A DNA stretch of 64,000 nt from Nitrospirota bacterium (GTDB lineage: Bacteria; Nitrospirota; UBA9217): assembly GCA_963840455.1 (NCBI GenBank), contig CAWIYV010000014.1, positions 128,001 to 192,000 on the forward strand, written 5' to 3'. Made by a program: the position numbers and the translations under genes. This document shows, one piece after another, positions 1 to 9,149 of this stretch. The notes below the pieces were generated by a model. It ran no database searches and was not told where the DNA came from. It was given only the letters and a program-made list of their open reading frames with translations. The first letter of the stretch is position 1, and every line of letters begins with the position of its first letter.

Positions 1-1105
1 CAAAGGGGGAAAGCGTGATGCCGATGTTCGGCAGGCCATAGTAGAGGATGAAGAGCTGGATCAGGAGCGGAGTGCCCCGGTAGATCTCAACATAGGCCGT
101 CGAGACCGGTCTGAAGGGCCTGGGGCCGTAGAGCCGTGCAAAGGCGAGGAGCAGACCGAGCGCAAGCGCGAGGGCCATGGAAACCACGGACAGCAGAATG
201 GTCATGACCGCGCCTTTGAGGAGGAGGGGAAAGAACGCGAACAGCGGAGCATCGTTGCTCGCAATGCGGAACCGCTGCCCGGCGTCGGGCGATGACGACT
301 GTTCGAGCAGCTTCTCCTGCGCCTCGTCCCAAAGGCCCCAGGCCTCATACATGCGCTTGAGCTCTCCGCTCCGGAGCAGGTCCCCGATGACCGAATCGAT
401 GACGTTCTTCAGGTCATCTTCGTCCTTCCGGAGGGCGATCCCGTAAAAGCCTCCACCTTCAGGCGGGCCGGCGTACTTGAGCCGCTGGTCGGGCTTTCCG
501 TAGTACACGGTGATGGGCGTGTCGAGGAATACGGCGTCGAGCCTGCCCAGGGCAAGGTCCTCATAGGGCCAGGCCGCCGAGTATGACCGGATATCCACGC
601 CATCGATCTTTTTGAGCATCTCGTGCGCCACCGCGCCGGCGAGGGTCCCGACCGTTCTGCCCCGGAGGTCCTTGATGCCGTTGATCATCCTCTCGTCCTT
701 CCGGACCATGAGCTGGAGGGTGTAGTAATAGTAGGGACGGGAGAAGAGTACCCGTTTTTCGCGCTCGGGGATGATCTCGAGGCCGTTCATGGCCATGTCG
801 TAATCGCCCCGCTCGAGCGCCGGGATGAGGCTGTCCCAGGCGGTCTGGACCAGCTGCGCTTTGACCCCGAGCCTGTTCGCGACGGCCTCGGCAATGTCGA
901 GCTCGAAACCAATGAGCTTCGATGGGTCCTTGGGGTCGGGGAATACGTAGGGAGCTCCACCTTCGGCGTCGGAACCCCAAAGCAGCACTCCGCGTGCCTT
1001 GATCTTCTGAACGGTTGTGGAAGGTGCGGCAAACGATGAGGTCGGGGAGAGGAGAAGGAAGGCGCAGATCGGGAAAAGAATGACGCGGGCCGTGGTGCAG
1101 AACAT
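1..1105 (-). CDS. Polar amino-acid ABC transporter, fused substrate-binding and permease protein (3' end runs off the window)
   Basis: Manual translation from ATG at 1105: signal peptide, then LLWGSDAEGGAPYVF...GFELDIA...WDSLIPAL (SBP_bac_3-like), then permease GAVMTILLS...YVEIYRGTPLLIQLF. Absent from the ORF track because there is no stop inside the window. Confidence 0.9.
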   Translation of the reverse strand, partial: MFCTTARVILFPICAFLLLSPTSSFAAPSTTVQKIKARGVLLWGSDAEGGAPYVFPDPKDPSKLIGFELDIAEAVANRLGVKAQLVQTAWDSLIPALERGDYDMAMNGLEIIPEREKRVLFSRPYYYYTLQLMVRKDERMINGIKDLRGRTVGTLAGAVAHEMLKKIDGVDIRSYSAAWPYEDLALGRLDAVFLDTPITVYYGKPDQRLKYAGPPEGGGFYGIALRKDEDDLKNVIDSVIGDLLRSGELKRMYEAWGLWDEAQEKLLEQSSSPDAGQRFRIASNDAPLFAFFPLLLKGAVMTILLSVVSMALALALGLLLAFARLYGPRPFRPVSTAYVEIYRGTPLLIQLFILYYGLPNIGITLSPF

Positions 1106-1239
1106 GGTGAACACTAGCATTGATGCATCACTGTGTCAATACCGTTCCGTGTTCTGATCGGCTCAGTGTCCTGATCGACCTGTTCAGCACGAGCGAGAGT
1201 GACCGCATGGGCGGACCCGGGGGAGAGCTTCCGGTGCAT

Positions 1240-1340
1240 ATTCATTCTGAACCTGCTGAAGGACTTCTTCCTCATGCGGGGATATGAGGTTCTGTGTTTC
1301 AGCGACCCGACCATCGTATGTCCCCTCTACGGGGATGAAG
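1240..1340 (+). pseudogene. Fragment paralogous to the 5' part of the downstream response regulator
   Basis: LKDFFLMRGYEVLCFSDPTIVCPLYGD matches LKDFFETRGYEVLAFREPVICPVYGD of 1579..2259; the rest of the domain is missing. Confidence 0.7.
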
Positions 1341-1433
1341 GAGAGGTGGCTGAAATAGCTTTGCGAAAAGAACAAGTCCTTGTTGCATCAGGAGAAATCT
1401 TGCTGCTACTTTTTGGCCTCAGATTAGCGCATC

Positions 1434-1462
1434 TTGACGCATATCGTATAATCCTTTATACT
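1434..1462 (+). promoter_or_regulatory. Sigma70-type promoter
   Basis: TTGACG-N17-TATACT upstream of the response regulator. Confidence 0.55.
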
Positions 1463-1578
1463 TAAAAAAAGAAGGCTGCCAAAGATACAGGCAGCTTCGG
1501 CAGGGATCTTTTCCGACCGGCGGGGTCGTTAATCTACAACAAAGGTCGTCATCGAGGAATTGGTGCAGGAGGTGCTGG

Positions 1579-2259
1579 ATGAGAAAACGTCGGGCCATAA
1601 TCTTCGATGATGAACCGGTGGTCCTGCTTGTGCTCAAGGACTTTTTCGAGACACGGGGGTATGAGGTGCTGGCATTCAGGGAGCCGGTCATCTGCCCGGT
1701 CTATGGCGATACAGCGGGATGTACGAACAAGGCTCCTTGCGGGGATGTTATCCTGGCGGACTACGGGATGCCAACGATGACCGGGATCGAACTGTTACAA
1801 GCACAGGCCCGGAACGAATGCAAACTGACCTCGAAGAACAAGGCGCTGCTTACGGGGTACAGGGACGACAGGAAGATGCAGGACATCAGGGATCTGGGGA
1901 TAGCGTTCTTCGAGAAGCCGGTCCTGTTCGACGAGCTGGCCCGCTGGGTCGATGAATGCGAATCGCGGATGGACCTCTCTCTCCCGCTGGGGATCAAGCG
2001 GAAAGAGGTTCGGGAATGCTGCAGCCTGGAGATATCCTATACCGCATCTTCGTCCGGCAGCGAGTTGTTCCGGGGCATCGCCATCAACATGAGTCCGTCG
2101 GGGTTTTGTCTCCGCACTTCAGGACCCCTGATGAAAGAGGAAACTGTGTTCTTGCAAACTGCCCTGCCACTCCTGTCCCCGGTCGCCATGGTGCGGTGGA
2201 TCGAAAGGACCGGCCAGGACGATTATCGTGCCGGCCTACAATGCTCTCCTGCACAGTGA
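1579..2259 (+). CDS. Response regulator, receiver + PilZ domain
   Basis: IIFDDE...ILADYGMP...FEKP receiver motifs; C-terminal RKEVR and NMSPSG PilZ motifs. Confidence 0.85.
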   Translation: MRKRRAIIFDDEPVVLLVLKDFFETRGYEVLAFREPVICPVYGDTAGCTNKAPCGDVILADYGMPTMTGIELLQAQARNECKLTSKNKALLTGYRDDRKMQDIRDLGIAFFEKPVLFDELARWVDECESRMDLSLPLGIKRKEVRECCSLEISYTASSSGSELFRGIAINMSPSGFCLRTSGPLMKEETVFLQTALPLLSPVAMVRWIERTGQDDYRAGLQCSPAQ

Positions 2260-2543
2260 CTGTGGCGGTATGGTTCCTGCTCCCCACACTGCACCTGCTC
2301 GCCGTCCTCGAAGAGAACAACCTCAACGATAGTGAATAGCGTGGTTCTGTTGATGCCGGATGAGGGGCGGAACGGTCGGGTGAGGGGCTCGGGAGAGCGC
2401 AGAGCAGGGTGGTTGTCAGGCGGTCTTGATGCCGGCCTTCGTGAGGGTGTCGCGGCAGCGCTACAGCTGACCTGTCAAGAAGAATTCAGATAGCCCAGAC
2501 TGGACGGCGATGTGCGCCGCTTCGGGGGAACGACCGGTTGGGC

Positions 2544-2885
2544 TCAGCAGGTAATATGCAGTGCGGCAACAACTTTTTCCTTCTCATGCAGATCATTGAA
2601 CATCTTGATCGCCTGTTTTGTCTTTTCCACGCGGACCTCGATGCCCTTGGAGGTGAGGTAATTGCGGATCTGGTCGGGAATGGAAAGAACTCCCGCATAG
2701 CCGGTCCCGATGATCAGGATCTCGGGTTCGAACTTGACAATATCGGCAAATTCCCGGATCTGGGGGCGGTGCTCCTCTTCGCGGACCCACGATGTCTCAA
2801 CGCGGTCCGGGTACACGACCACGTCGCTCGTATAGTTTTTCCCCTCAATAGTTATACTGCCGAATGTGAAGGACTCTATTTTCAA
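2544..2885 (-). CDS. Mth938-like (DUF498) protein
   Basis: KIESFTFGSITIEGKNYTSDVVV...LIIGTG...AALHITC; TTG start preceded by GAGAGG. Confidence 0.85.
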   Translation of the reverse strand: MKIESFTFGSITIEGKNYTSDVVVYPDRVETSWVREEEHRPQIREFADIVKFEPEILIIGTGYAGVLSIPDQIRNYLTSKGIEVRVEKTKQAIKMFNDLHEKEKVVAALHITC

Positions 2886-3087
2886 CGAATACCTCTCAAG
2901 TCGTTGAATGGATTTATACCACGGAAAGCAGCAAGAATCAACACGTTCATCGGCATGCGGCGTCAAGAGCCATCATACCCCGGAAGTACAGGTATAGGGT
3001 GGAAGACCGGGACCGACGTTCGCCTCTGCGCCCGGTCCGGTGCGAGCCTCCGGGCATGAGCAGACGTTGACCGGCAGGTCATTTCCC

Positions 3088-3270
3088 TCATCGGCACTGC
3101 TTCGGTCTTTCCCGGCCATCCTGCTTCTCGCTGCATTGCAGGTTCTTGTGGACCAGGCTCTTTTTCTTCCGACAGTAGAGCGCGATGAAGGTCCTGCAGC
3201 TTCGGGACCCGTCAACGGCCTCGGATTCCGGGAATACGGCGAACTTGCAGTCAAGATCGCAAAAGTCCAT
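3088..3270 (-). CDS. Small Cys-rich hypothetical protein
   Basis: MDFCDLDCKFAVFP...GSRSCRTFIALYCRKK...HKNLQC; five Cys in 60 aa, possibly metal-binding. Confidence 0.6.
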   Translation of the reverse strand: MDFCDLDCKFAVFPESEAVDGSRSCRTFIALYCRKKKSLVHKNLQCSEKQDGRERPKQCR

Positions 3271-3617
3271 GGGACAGCTCTCCCATGCCATATGTACGGA
3301 TCAGCTACTATGAGGCTCTATTATAGCCGCCTCTGGAGAAAAAGCAGCGGGTTGACTCCCGGGACATGACACTGCCGGAAAACCCGCTTTGAAAATCCTT
3401 ATTGCTGGTGTATCTTGTCACAGATATTCGGTTTCTGAACAGGCTGGCGCCCTTGGCGGCAGGATGACTGCTGCGACGGACGCGGCCGGCGACCGTTGGT
3501 TTGCCCGCGATGAAAGCTGTGAGATCATTTCAATACGAACGACCAACGGGACATAAATCGCCTGCGAAATGACCGTTGACGGGCAGATCTATTGCATTTC
3601 ACCGGGGTAGATCGGTC

Positions 3618-4556
3618 GTGAGAACGCTTATCTTCCATGACGGGGCACTGGGCGACGTGCTCCTGTCGCTGCCGTGCATCACGGCGATCGGGAAGCATCC
3701 CGCATCGCTCGAGGTCGTTTGCCGTGACGACGTGGGCAGGCTGCTCAAAGCATCAGGTGTCGTCCATAGCGCGTACTCCTCGGACAGCAACCTATTCTCG
3801 CCATGGTATGCCGGCCGACTGGACAATGCCGCCCGGGAGCTGTTGGGCTGCTACGGTCGGGTGTTCGTGTTCACGCTCCGGGAGGGCTCTGATCTTGCGA
3901 AGAACATCGCGCGGACCGTCCCGGACACGCGGGTCATCATCACGGTCCCTCCCGCGGATGACCGGACGCATGTGGCCGAGTTCCGTCTGATGCAGTTGCA
4001 GGACGCGCTGTGTCATGATGGCCCGGTCCGGCTGTCCGTTCCTCCTGATCTCCGACGGCAGGCGAGGGAGGTCCTCACGCGGGCAGGCCATGACGGGCAG
4101 AAGCGTCTGATCGTCCTGCATCCCGGGAGCGGTGGAAAGCGCAAGTGCTGGCCCCTGGAGCGGTATTTCGAGCTCGCTGAACGGGTGGCGGAAACATCCG
4201 GCGCGTTCATCCTGTTTCTCACCGGGTTCGCGGAAGAGCTGCTCATCAGGGAACGGATCGAAGGGTTCGTGCGGGCACGGACGGGCATGGCACATGTCGC
4301 AGATTCTGACCTCACTACCGTCGCGGGGATCCTCGCACAGTGCGGACTCTTCGCAGGGAATGATTCTGGCATCTCGCATCTTGCGGCTGCGGTAGGTGTG
4401 CCGGTTGTCGCGCTCTTTGGCCCCACGGACCCCGCGCTCTGGAGGCCTTGCGGCGAGACTGTCCGGGTGGTCGCTGCCAGGACCATGGAAGGCATATCTG
4501 TGGAAGCGGTCCTTGTCGCGGCAGAGGAGACCGGTGTGCGGACCGTCTCTGCCTGA
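3618..4556 (+). CDS. Glycosyltransferase family 9 (heptosyltransferase-like)
   Basis: GALGDVLL, LHPGSGGKRKCWP, GNDSGISHLAAAVG.P.VALFGPT motifs. Confidence 0.9.
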   Translation: MRTLIFHDGALGDVLLSLPCITAIGKHPASLEVVCRDDVGRLLKASGVVHSAYSSDSNLFSPWYAGRLDNAARELLGCYGRVFVFTLREGSDLAKNIARTVPDTRVIITVPPADDRTHVAEFRLMQLQDALCHDGPVRLSVPPDLRRQAREVLTRAGHDGQKRLIVLHPGSGGKRKCWPLERYFELAERVAETSGAFILFLTGFAEELLIRERIEGFVRARTGMAHVADSDLTTVAGILAQCGLFAGNDSGISHLAAAVGVPVVALFGPTDPALWRPCGETVRVVAARTMEGISVEAVLVAAEETGVRTVSA

Positions 4557-4580
4557 CCATGTTTCTGCGTTTGAATCGAT

Positions 4581-4652
4581 GAGCGAGCGATGAGGATGAC
4601 GAAACCGCCTTGAGGATCGAAGATTCCCGGCAGCATGCCGCACGGAGCTTCA
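4581..4652 (+). repeat. Degenerate copy of dispersed MITE/REP-like element (family C)
   Basis: GCGAGCGATGAG...CCTTGA.GATCGAAGATTCCCG..CAGC...CTTCA aligns with 18761-18830. Confidence 0.75.
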
Positions 4653-4660
4653 CTATGACC

Positions 4661-5290
4661 ATGATGAGCAGGATCGACCTACACGTGCACTCGAGGAACA
4701 GCGGGGACAATGATGCGGACCCCGAGGAGACCGTCGAACGCGCCATCGAGCTCGGCCTCGACGGCATCGCCTTTACGGAACATTACTCGTACGGCGCCTC
4801 GGAGCTTGTCGAGAGGCTGCGGGAGAAGTACGGGAGCGCGATCATGCTCTTTCGCGGCGTCGAGTTCTCCGCCGCCGAAGGCCACTGCCTCGTCTTTGGC
4901 GCAGACACGGACAAGCTGGCCATCAAATACGCTGCCTTCGCCGAAGTCGTCCGCACCGTGGCGGACGTAGGCGGTGTGGTAGTTCCCTCCCATCCGTACC
5001 GCGGGTCGAACAGCCTGGGGGAACTGATTACCCGGATCCCGGGCATCTGCGGTGTGGAGGGTTACAACGGCGCCAACATGCACGCCATGAATGCGAAGGC
5101 CATCGAGACAGCGGGCAGGCTGAACCTGCCCTATACCGGCGGGTCCGATGCCCACCTGCCCCGTGAAGTGGGGTCCTGCTACACCGAGTTCGACGGCCCG
5201 GTCACCTACGACAATTTCATTGCATGCCTCCGGGCGGGGCGTTTCAGGGGCGTCGACACACGGAAGATATCGCGGCATGCTCTTCCGTAA
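4661..5290 (+). CDS. PHP-domain metal-dependent phosphoesterase
   Basis: IDLHVHS, AFTEH, GVEFS, HCL, SHPYR, GGSDAH motifs; start could also be 4655 or 4664. Confidence 0.9.
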   Translation: MMSRIDLHVHSRNSGDNDADPEETVERAIELGLDGIAFTEHYSYGASELVERLREKYGSAIMLFRGVEFSAAEGHCLVFGADTDKLAIKYAAFAEVVRTVADVGGVVVPSHPYRGSNSLGELITRIPGICGVEGYNGANMHAMNAKAIETAGRLNLPYTGGSDAHLPREVGSCYTEFDGPVTYDNFIACLRAGRFRGVDTRKISRHALP

Positions 5291-5327
5291 GTCTTGCCGT
5301 AGAGCCGTTTTCCTGACGAATCCCTCG

Positions 5328-5368
5328 GTGACAAAGTCACAGACTTCCTACCCTTCCTGCAGTATACT
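5328..5368 (+). promoter_or_regulatory. Palindromic operator GTGAC-N3-GTCAC plus a TATACT -10 box
   Basis: Palindrome at 5328-5340, centred about 41 bp upstream of the start implied by TATACT (5363-5368). Confidence 0.45.
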
Positions 5369-5429
5369 CACTTCTAGTAGAGCGGCACGATGACGTGCCG
5401 CCAACCTATCCGCGAGGAGGATACACTAT

Positions 5430-5621
5430 ATGAAGAAGAACGTCGGTTCCATTGAGAGGGTCGTCAGGGTCATTGCAGGCATAGCCATCCTTTCCTTTGC
5501 TTTTGTGGGGCCCCAGTCCCCCTGGGCGTACCTCGGCATCATCCCGCTGGCAACGGGCCTGATGGGCTGGTGCCCGGCCTATGCGCTCCTGGGCATCTCG
5601 ACCTGCAAGAACTGCAAATAG
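5430..5621 (+). CDS. DUF2892 (YgaP-like) membrane protein
   Basis: MKKNVGSIERVVR...LATGLMGWCPAYALLGISTC; GAGGAGG RBS. Confidence 0.9.
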   Translation: MKKNVGSIERVVRVIAGIAILSFAFVGPQSPWAYLGIIPLATGLMGWCPAYALLGISTCKNCK

Positions 5622-5666
5622 TCGAACCATTCCGAAGGGGTATCCCCTCTGCAACGAAGAAAAACT

Positions 5667-5698
5667 GAGGCCCCGTCCGCGGACGGGGCCTTTTTTTT
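5667..5698 (+). terminator. Rho-independent terminator
   Basis: AGGCCCCGTCC/GGACGGGGCCT stem followed by a T8 run. Confidence 0.85.
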
Positions 5699-5709
5699 GG
5701 CCCCTGCCA

Positions 5710-5738
5710 TTGACCGCCCGCGGGATCAGCGTTATAAT
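5710..5738 (+). promoter_or_regulatory. Sigma70-type promoter
   Basis: TTGACC-N17-TATAAT. Confidence 0.65.
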
Positions 5739-5795
5739 CAAAAAGGATAGCGATGGTCCTAATTAAGGGCCGGGCGGTCGGAAAGGAGGCAAGCC

Positions 5796-6680
5796 ATGAT
5801 CGTCATAACGGGAGCAACCGGCAAGACCGGGAGCGCTGTAGCGGAAGCGCTCACTGCGAAAGGACAGAAGGTCCGTGTCATCGGAAGGGATGCAGCGAAA
5901 CTCAAGGGCTTTACTGCAAAGGGTGCCGAGGCCGCGGTCGGGGACCTGGGGGACAGGGCATTCTTGACCAAGACGTTCAAAGGCGCTGACGCGGTATATG
6001 TCCTCATCCCGCCGAACTTCAGGGTCGCTGACTTCCGGGCCTATCAGAAGCAGATCGGAGAGATCATCGTCGCGGCGATCAAGGGCAGCGGCGTCAAGTA
6101 CGTGGTGCATCTGAGCAGCCAGGGTGCGCACCTGCCGGACAGGACCGGTCCCATCGTGGGGCTTCATGACCAGGAGGAACGGCTGAACAGTCTCGATGGC
6201 GTGAATGTCCTGCACCTGCGGCCGACCTACTTTATGGAGAACCTGCTCATGAACATCGATCTCATCAAAAAGATGAATATCATGGGGTCGGCAGTGCGGG
6301 GTAACGTGAAGTTCGCCATGATCGCCGCGAAGGATATCGGCGTCTACGCGTCCGAAAGGCTCATGAAGAGGGATTTTTCCGGCAAGTCCGTCCGGGACCT
6401 TCTGGGGCAGCGCGACCTGTCGCTGGACGAAGCGGCTGCGGTCATCGGGAAGAAACTGGGCAAGCCCGACCTCAAGTACGTGGCCTTCCCCTACGATGAC
6501 GCGGAAAAGGGCATGGTGTCCATGGGCCTGACGCCGGACATGAGCAGGCTCTACATTGAGATGAGCAAGGCCCTGAACGACGGGCTGTTCGCGGTGAACA
6601 TTCCCCGAACAAAGGAGAACACCACGCCGACCTCCATTGAGGAGTTCGCTGACGTCTTTGCGAAAATCTTCGGTGCATGA
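5796..6680 (+). CDS. NmrA-family NAD(P)-binding protein (atypical SDR)
   Basis: N-terminal ITGATGKTG; LRPTYFMENL; AGGAGG RBS. Confidence 0.9.
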   Translation: MIVITGATGKTGSAVAEALTAKGQKVRVIGRDAAKLKGFTAKGAEAAVGDLGDRAFLTKTFKGADAVYVLIPPNFRVADFRAYQKQIGEIIVAAIKGSGVKYVVHLSSQGAHLPDRTGPIVGLHDQEERLNSLDGVNVLHLRPTYFMENLLMNIDLIKKMNIMGSAVRGNVKFAMIAAKDIGVYASERLMKRDFSGKSVRDLLGQRDLSLDEAAAVIGKKLGKPDLKYVAFPYDDAEKGMVSMGLTPDMSRLYIEMSKALNDGLFAVNIPRTKENTTPTSIEEFADVFAKIFGA

Positions 6681-6773
6681 CCGCAGGTCCGGAGAACGGG
6701 ACGGCATTTCAGCCTCGAAAGACGGAATGCAAATTCTCTCTAAGCCTCGCACTCGTGCGAAGCGCCCTGGATT

Positions 6774-6803
6774 TTGACAGGGGTGCTTTTTTTATTGTAT
6801 AAT
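6774..6803 (+). promoter_or_regulatory. Consensus sigma70 promoter overlapping a terminator-like hairpin
   Basis: TTGACA-N18-TATAAT; AAGCGCCCTG/CAGGGGTGCTT stem plus T-run overlaps the -35 box. Confidence 0.65.
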
Positions 6804-6856
6804 GCATCCATGTCGAAAGACGACGCAGACAGCCTTTGATGAGGGAGGAGCAGAGC

Positions 6857-7429
6857 ATGAAGATCAGGCCGTTGAACGATTGGGCAGTGATCGTCCCGTC
6901 CGAAGCCTTGACGCGCACCGCCGGGGGGATCTTCATCCCCGATGCGGCAAAGGAGAAGCCGGCCGAGGGGACCGTCGAGGCCATCGGGCCCGGCGCTTAC
7001 GAGGAAGAGAAAAGGCAGGAAAAAAAGAAGGAGAAAAAGGAGCGGAAGTTCGTCCCCACGTCCGTGAAGCCCGGCGAGCGGGTCATGTATGACCGGTATG
7101 CGGGACAGAAGATCGACATACACGGAGAGGAACGGGTGCTGGTGCGGGAAAAGAACATCCTGGGTATCCTGCCGCCTGCGCCTGCGCGGCCGAAAGAGGA
7201 CCTGCCGCCCCTCATGCTGCCTGTGGCAACATCGGCCTCTTCGTCGACGGCGGTCGTGAAGCGGAAACACTCGCCGGTCATGGTGAAAAAGGAAGCACCG
7301 AAGCCCGCAGTGAAGAAGGCGGCGAAGATGAAGCCTGCGAAGAAAGCCGCTGTCAAGAAGACGGCCGCGAAGCCGAAGAGAACAGCGGCGAAAAAAGCCG
7401 CGTCAAAAAAGGGAAAGAAGAAACGGTAA
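6857..7429 (+). CDS. groES: GroES/Cpn10 paralog with a Lys/Ala-rich C-terminal tail
   Basis: MKIRPLND...TAGGIFIPDAAKEKP.EGTV.A.GPG...VKPGERV...ILGIL, followed by ~85 aa Pro/Ser linker and PAKKAA-type tail. Confidence 0.85.
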   Translation: MKIRPLNDWAVIVPSEALTRTAGGIFIPDAAKEKPAEGTVEAIGPGAYEEEKRQEKKKEKKERKFVPTSVKPGERVMYDRYAGQKIDIHGEERVLVREKNILGILPPAPARPKEDLPPLMLPVATSASSSTAVVKRKHSPVMVKKEAPKPAVKKAAKMKPAKKAAVKKTAAKPKRTAAKKAASKKGKKKR

Positions 7430-7435
7430 CCGCCA

Positions 7436-8050
7436 ATGACCGGAAGCGGCGACGAACAAGGCCAAAGCGCCCGTGAGGCCAAGATCAGGGAGATCCTGCA
7501 GGAAGAACTGCAGGACGGCGAGGACCTGGCGAACGATGCACGGAAGATGATCGCGTACCTGCTTCGGGAGAAGAAGGGCTACCTCCCGGAGGAAGTGCGG
7601 AAGGGGTTGGCCTTCGAGGTGATGCTGGGACAGGAGGCCTTCTGGTCATCAGCCGATTTCATCGTGTCCGTGGAAGGCAGGATGGGCATGATCATTAAGT
7701 GCGCGGCCGGCTCGCTCGATTCCCGGGAGCGTCAGGCCGTTGCCGCTGCGCGGGTCATCGCCTCGCCGCCGGTACCGGTCGCGGTGGTCGCCGATCCGGT
7801 GACGGCGGTGGTCCTGGAGGTGGCGGGCGGCAAGGTCATCGGCGAGGGTTTTGGCGCCATTCCCACGAAGGAACAGTTACGAGAAATCCTGTCCGGGAAG
7901 ATGCCGCAAACCCTCGACGCCAGACGGCTGGAGAAGGAGAAGCGCATTTTGCTCGCCTTCGACGCCATCAAGTGCTGCGTGCCCCAGGGCGGGGACGGCG
8001 GCGTGCAGATCGGACCCGAACCGGGCGAAGACAAGAAATCCCGAAGCTAA
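7436..8050 (+). CDS. Stand-alone HsdR N-terminal-like (PD-(D/E)XK-like) domain protein
   Basis: LLREKKGY.PEE, ADFIVS...MIIKCAAGSL.SRERQAVAAAR pattern; no restriction-modification genes nearby. Confidence 0.6.
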   Translation: MTGSGDEQGQSAREAKIREILQEELQDGEDLANDARKMIAYLLREKKGYLPEEVRKGLAFEVMLGQEAFWSSADFIVSVEGRMGMIIKCAAGSLDSRERQAVAAARVIASPPVPVAVVADPVTAVVLEVAGGKVIGEGFGAIPTKEQLREILSGKMPQTLDARRLEKEKRILLAFDAIKCCVPQGGDGGVQIGPEPGEDKKSRS

Positions 8051-8053
8051 AGT

Positions 8054-8156
8054 TTCTCGCAAAGCCGCAAAGCTCGCAAAGAACAGAAAACAGAAAGATC
8101 TTTCTCTCTCGTTTATATTCGCTTAAATCTTTGAGGCCTTGGCGTCTTTGCGAGAG
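8054..8156. repeat. 9-mer-based inverted-repeat element (family A-like)
   Basis: TCTCGCAAAGCCGCAAAGCTCGCAAAG ... CTTTGAGGCCTTGGCGTCTTTGCGAGA. Confidence 0.8.
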
Positions 8157-8209
8157 AAAAGACTTTCGTTCCTTGTCGTTGATCTTATTTTTTCTCTTCA
8201 TCCCTGCCC

Positions 8210-9052
8210 ATGAACCAGCTCACCGAAGAGAGCTTCGAAAAGACCCTCCACGCCTTCATCCGGTCCGACCAGATCGACCTTCGCGGTGTCACCTTCATTG
8301 ACCCCTACGGCATGGTGGGGCTCCTCGAGATCGGCGAGCTGTGCATGCTCGAGGACATCAAGAAGACCGTCCTGCTTCCCCGTTCGTCCGAGGTCCTGCG
8401 CTACCTTGAGCGAATGGATTTCTTCTCCCATGCCAAGAGGTATTTCTCCCTCGACCCGATGCAGTCGCCGGCGACCGGAAGTGCCGGTGAATCCGATGTG
8501 CTGCTCGAGATCACCCCCATCGAACGGGCGAACGACATCCACTACATCGTCAGCAGGGTTGAGGAGCGGTCGCAGGCCATCCTGGCAAAGCACCTTCGCT
8601 ACGACGGCAAGGCCATCAACGGGTTCATCGTGGCCCTCTCGGAGATATGCCAGAACATCGTGGAGCACAGTGAGAACAAGGGATTCGTAGGCGTCCAGAA
8701 GTACCGGTACCCGAGCCTGGGCAGGAACATCGTCAAGATCGCGGTCATGGACGCGGGCATCGGGTTCCGCAGGTCACTTTCCGGCAGGTTCAAGCTCACG
8801 AGCGACCTCGAGGCCATCGAAAAGGCCCTGCTCCATGGCGCTTCGCGCCACGAGGAGGAGGGGAGGGGGCACGGACTTGCAGCGGCCAAGCGGTTCGTCG
8901 AGCAGTGGCAGGGCAGGCTTTCCATCCGTTCGGGCACGGCAAGACTGTCGCTCATTCCGAAGTGGGCGCGTGGCAGGGAACGGGAAATGAACCTCGTCAA
9001 TTTCCCCGGCAGCCAGATCAATATTATCCTTCCTGAAGTATTAAGCTCATAA
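8210..9052 (+). CDS. STAS-like + HATPase_c (GHKL, RsbW-like) protein
   Basis: IDLRGVTFIDPYG STAS-like motif; EICQNIVEHS (N box), DAGIG (G1), GRGHGL (G2), PGSQI. Confidence 0.8.
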   Translation: MNQLTEESFEKTLHAFIRSDQIDLRGVTFIDPYGMVGLLEIGELCMLEDIKKTVLLPRSSEVLRYLERMDFFSHAKRYFSLDPMQSPATGSAGESDVLLEITPIERANDIHYIVSRVEERSQAILAKHLRYDGKAINGFIVALSEICQNIVEHSENKGFVGVQKYRYPSLGRNIVKIAVMDAGIGFRRSLSGRFKLTSDLEAIEKALLHGASRHEEEGRGHGLAAAKRFVEQWQGRLSIRSGTARLSLIPKWARGREREMNLVNFPGSQINIILPEVLSS

Positions 9053-9092
9053 GTAATTAATAATAAATAGAATAAATTAATGCAAAAAAACA

Positions 9093-9144
9093 TTGACAGG
9101 CGATGTATACTTTGTTATAGTTCAATTGATTCAATTGAACTATA
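9093..9144 (+). promoter_or_regulatory. Sigma70 promoter overlapped by a perfect 29-bp palindromic operator
   Basis: TTGACA-N17-TATAGT; TATAGTTCAATTGA-T-TCAATTGAACTATA at 9116-9144. Confidence 0.8.
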
Positions 9145-9149
9145 TTGCC

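Noticed and set aside
2990-3060. Structured ncRNA between the Mth938-like and Cys-rich genes
   Set aside because: A single imperfect GC hairpin with no family features I can recognise.
6745-6795. CIRCE element before groES
   Set aside because: GCACTC is present but there is no TTAGCACTC-N9-GAGTGCTAA; the nearby palindromes fit a terminator better.
7436-8050. Type I restriction-modification system
   Set aside because: Only a small HsdR_N-like domain; no helicase, hsdM or hsdS.
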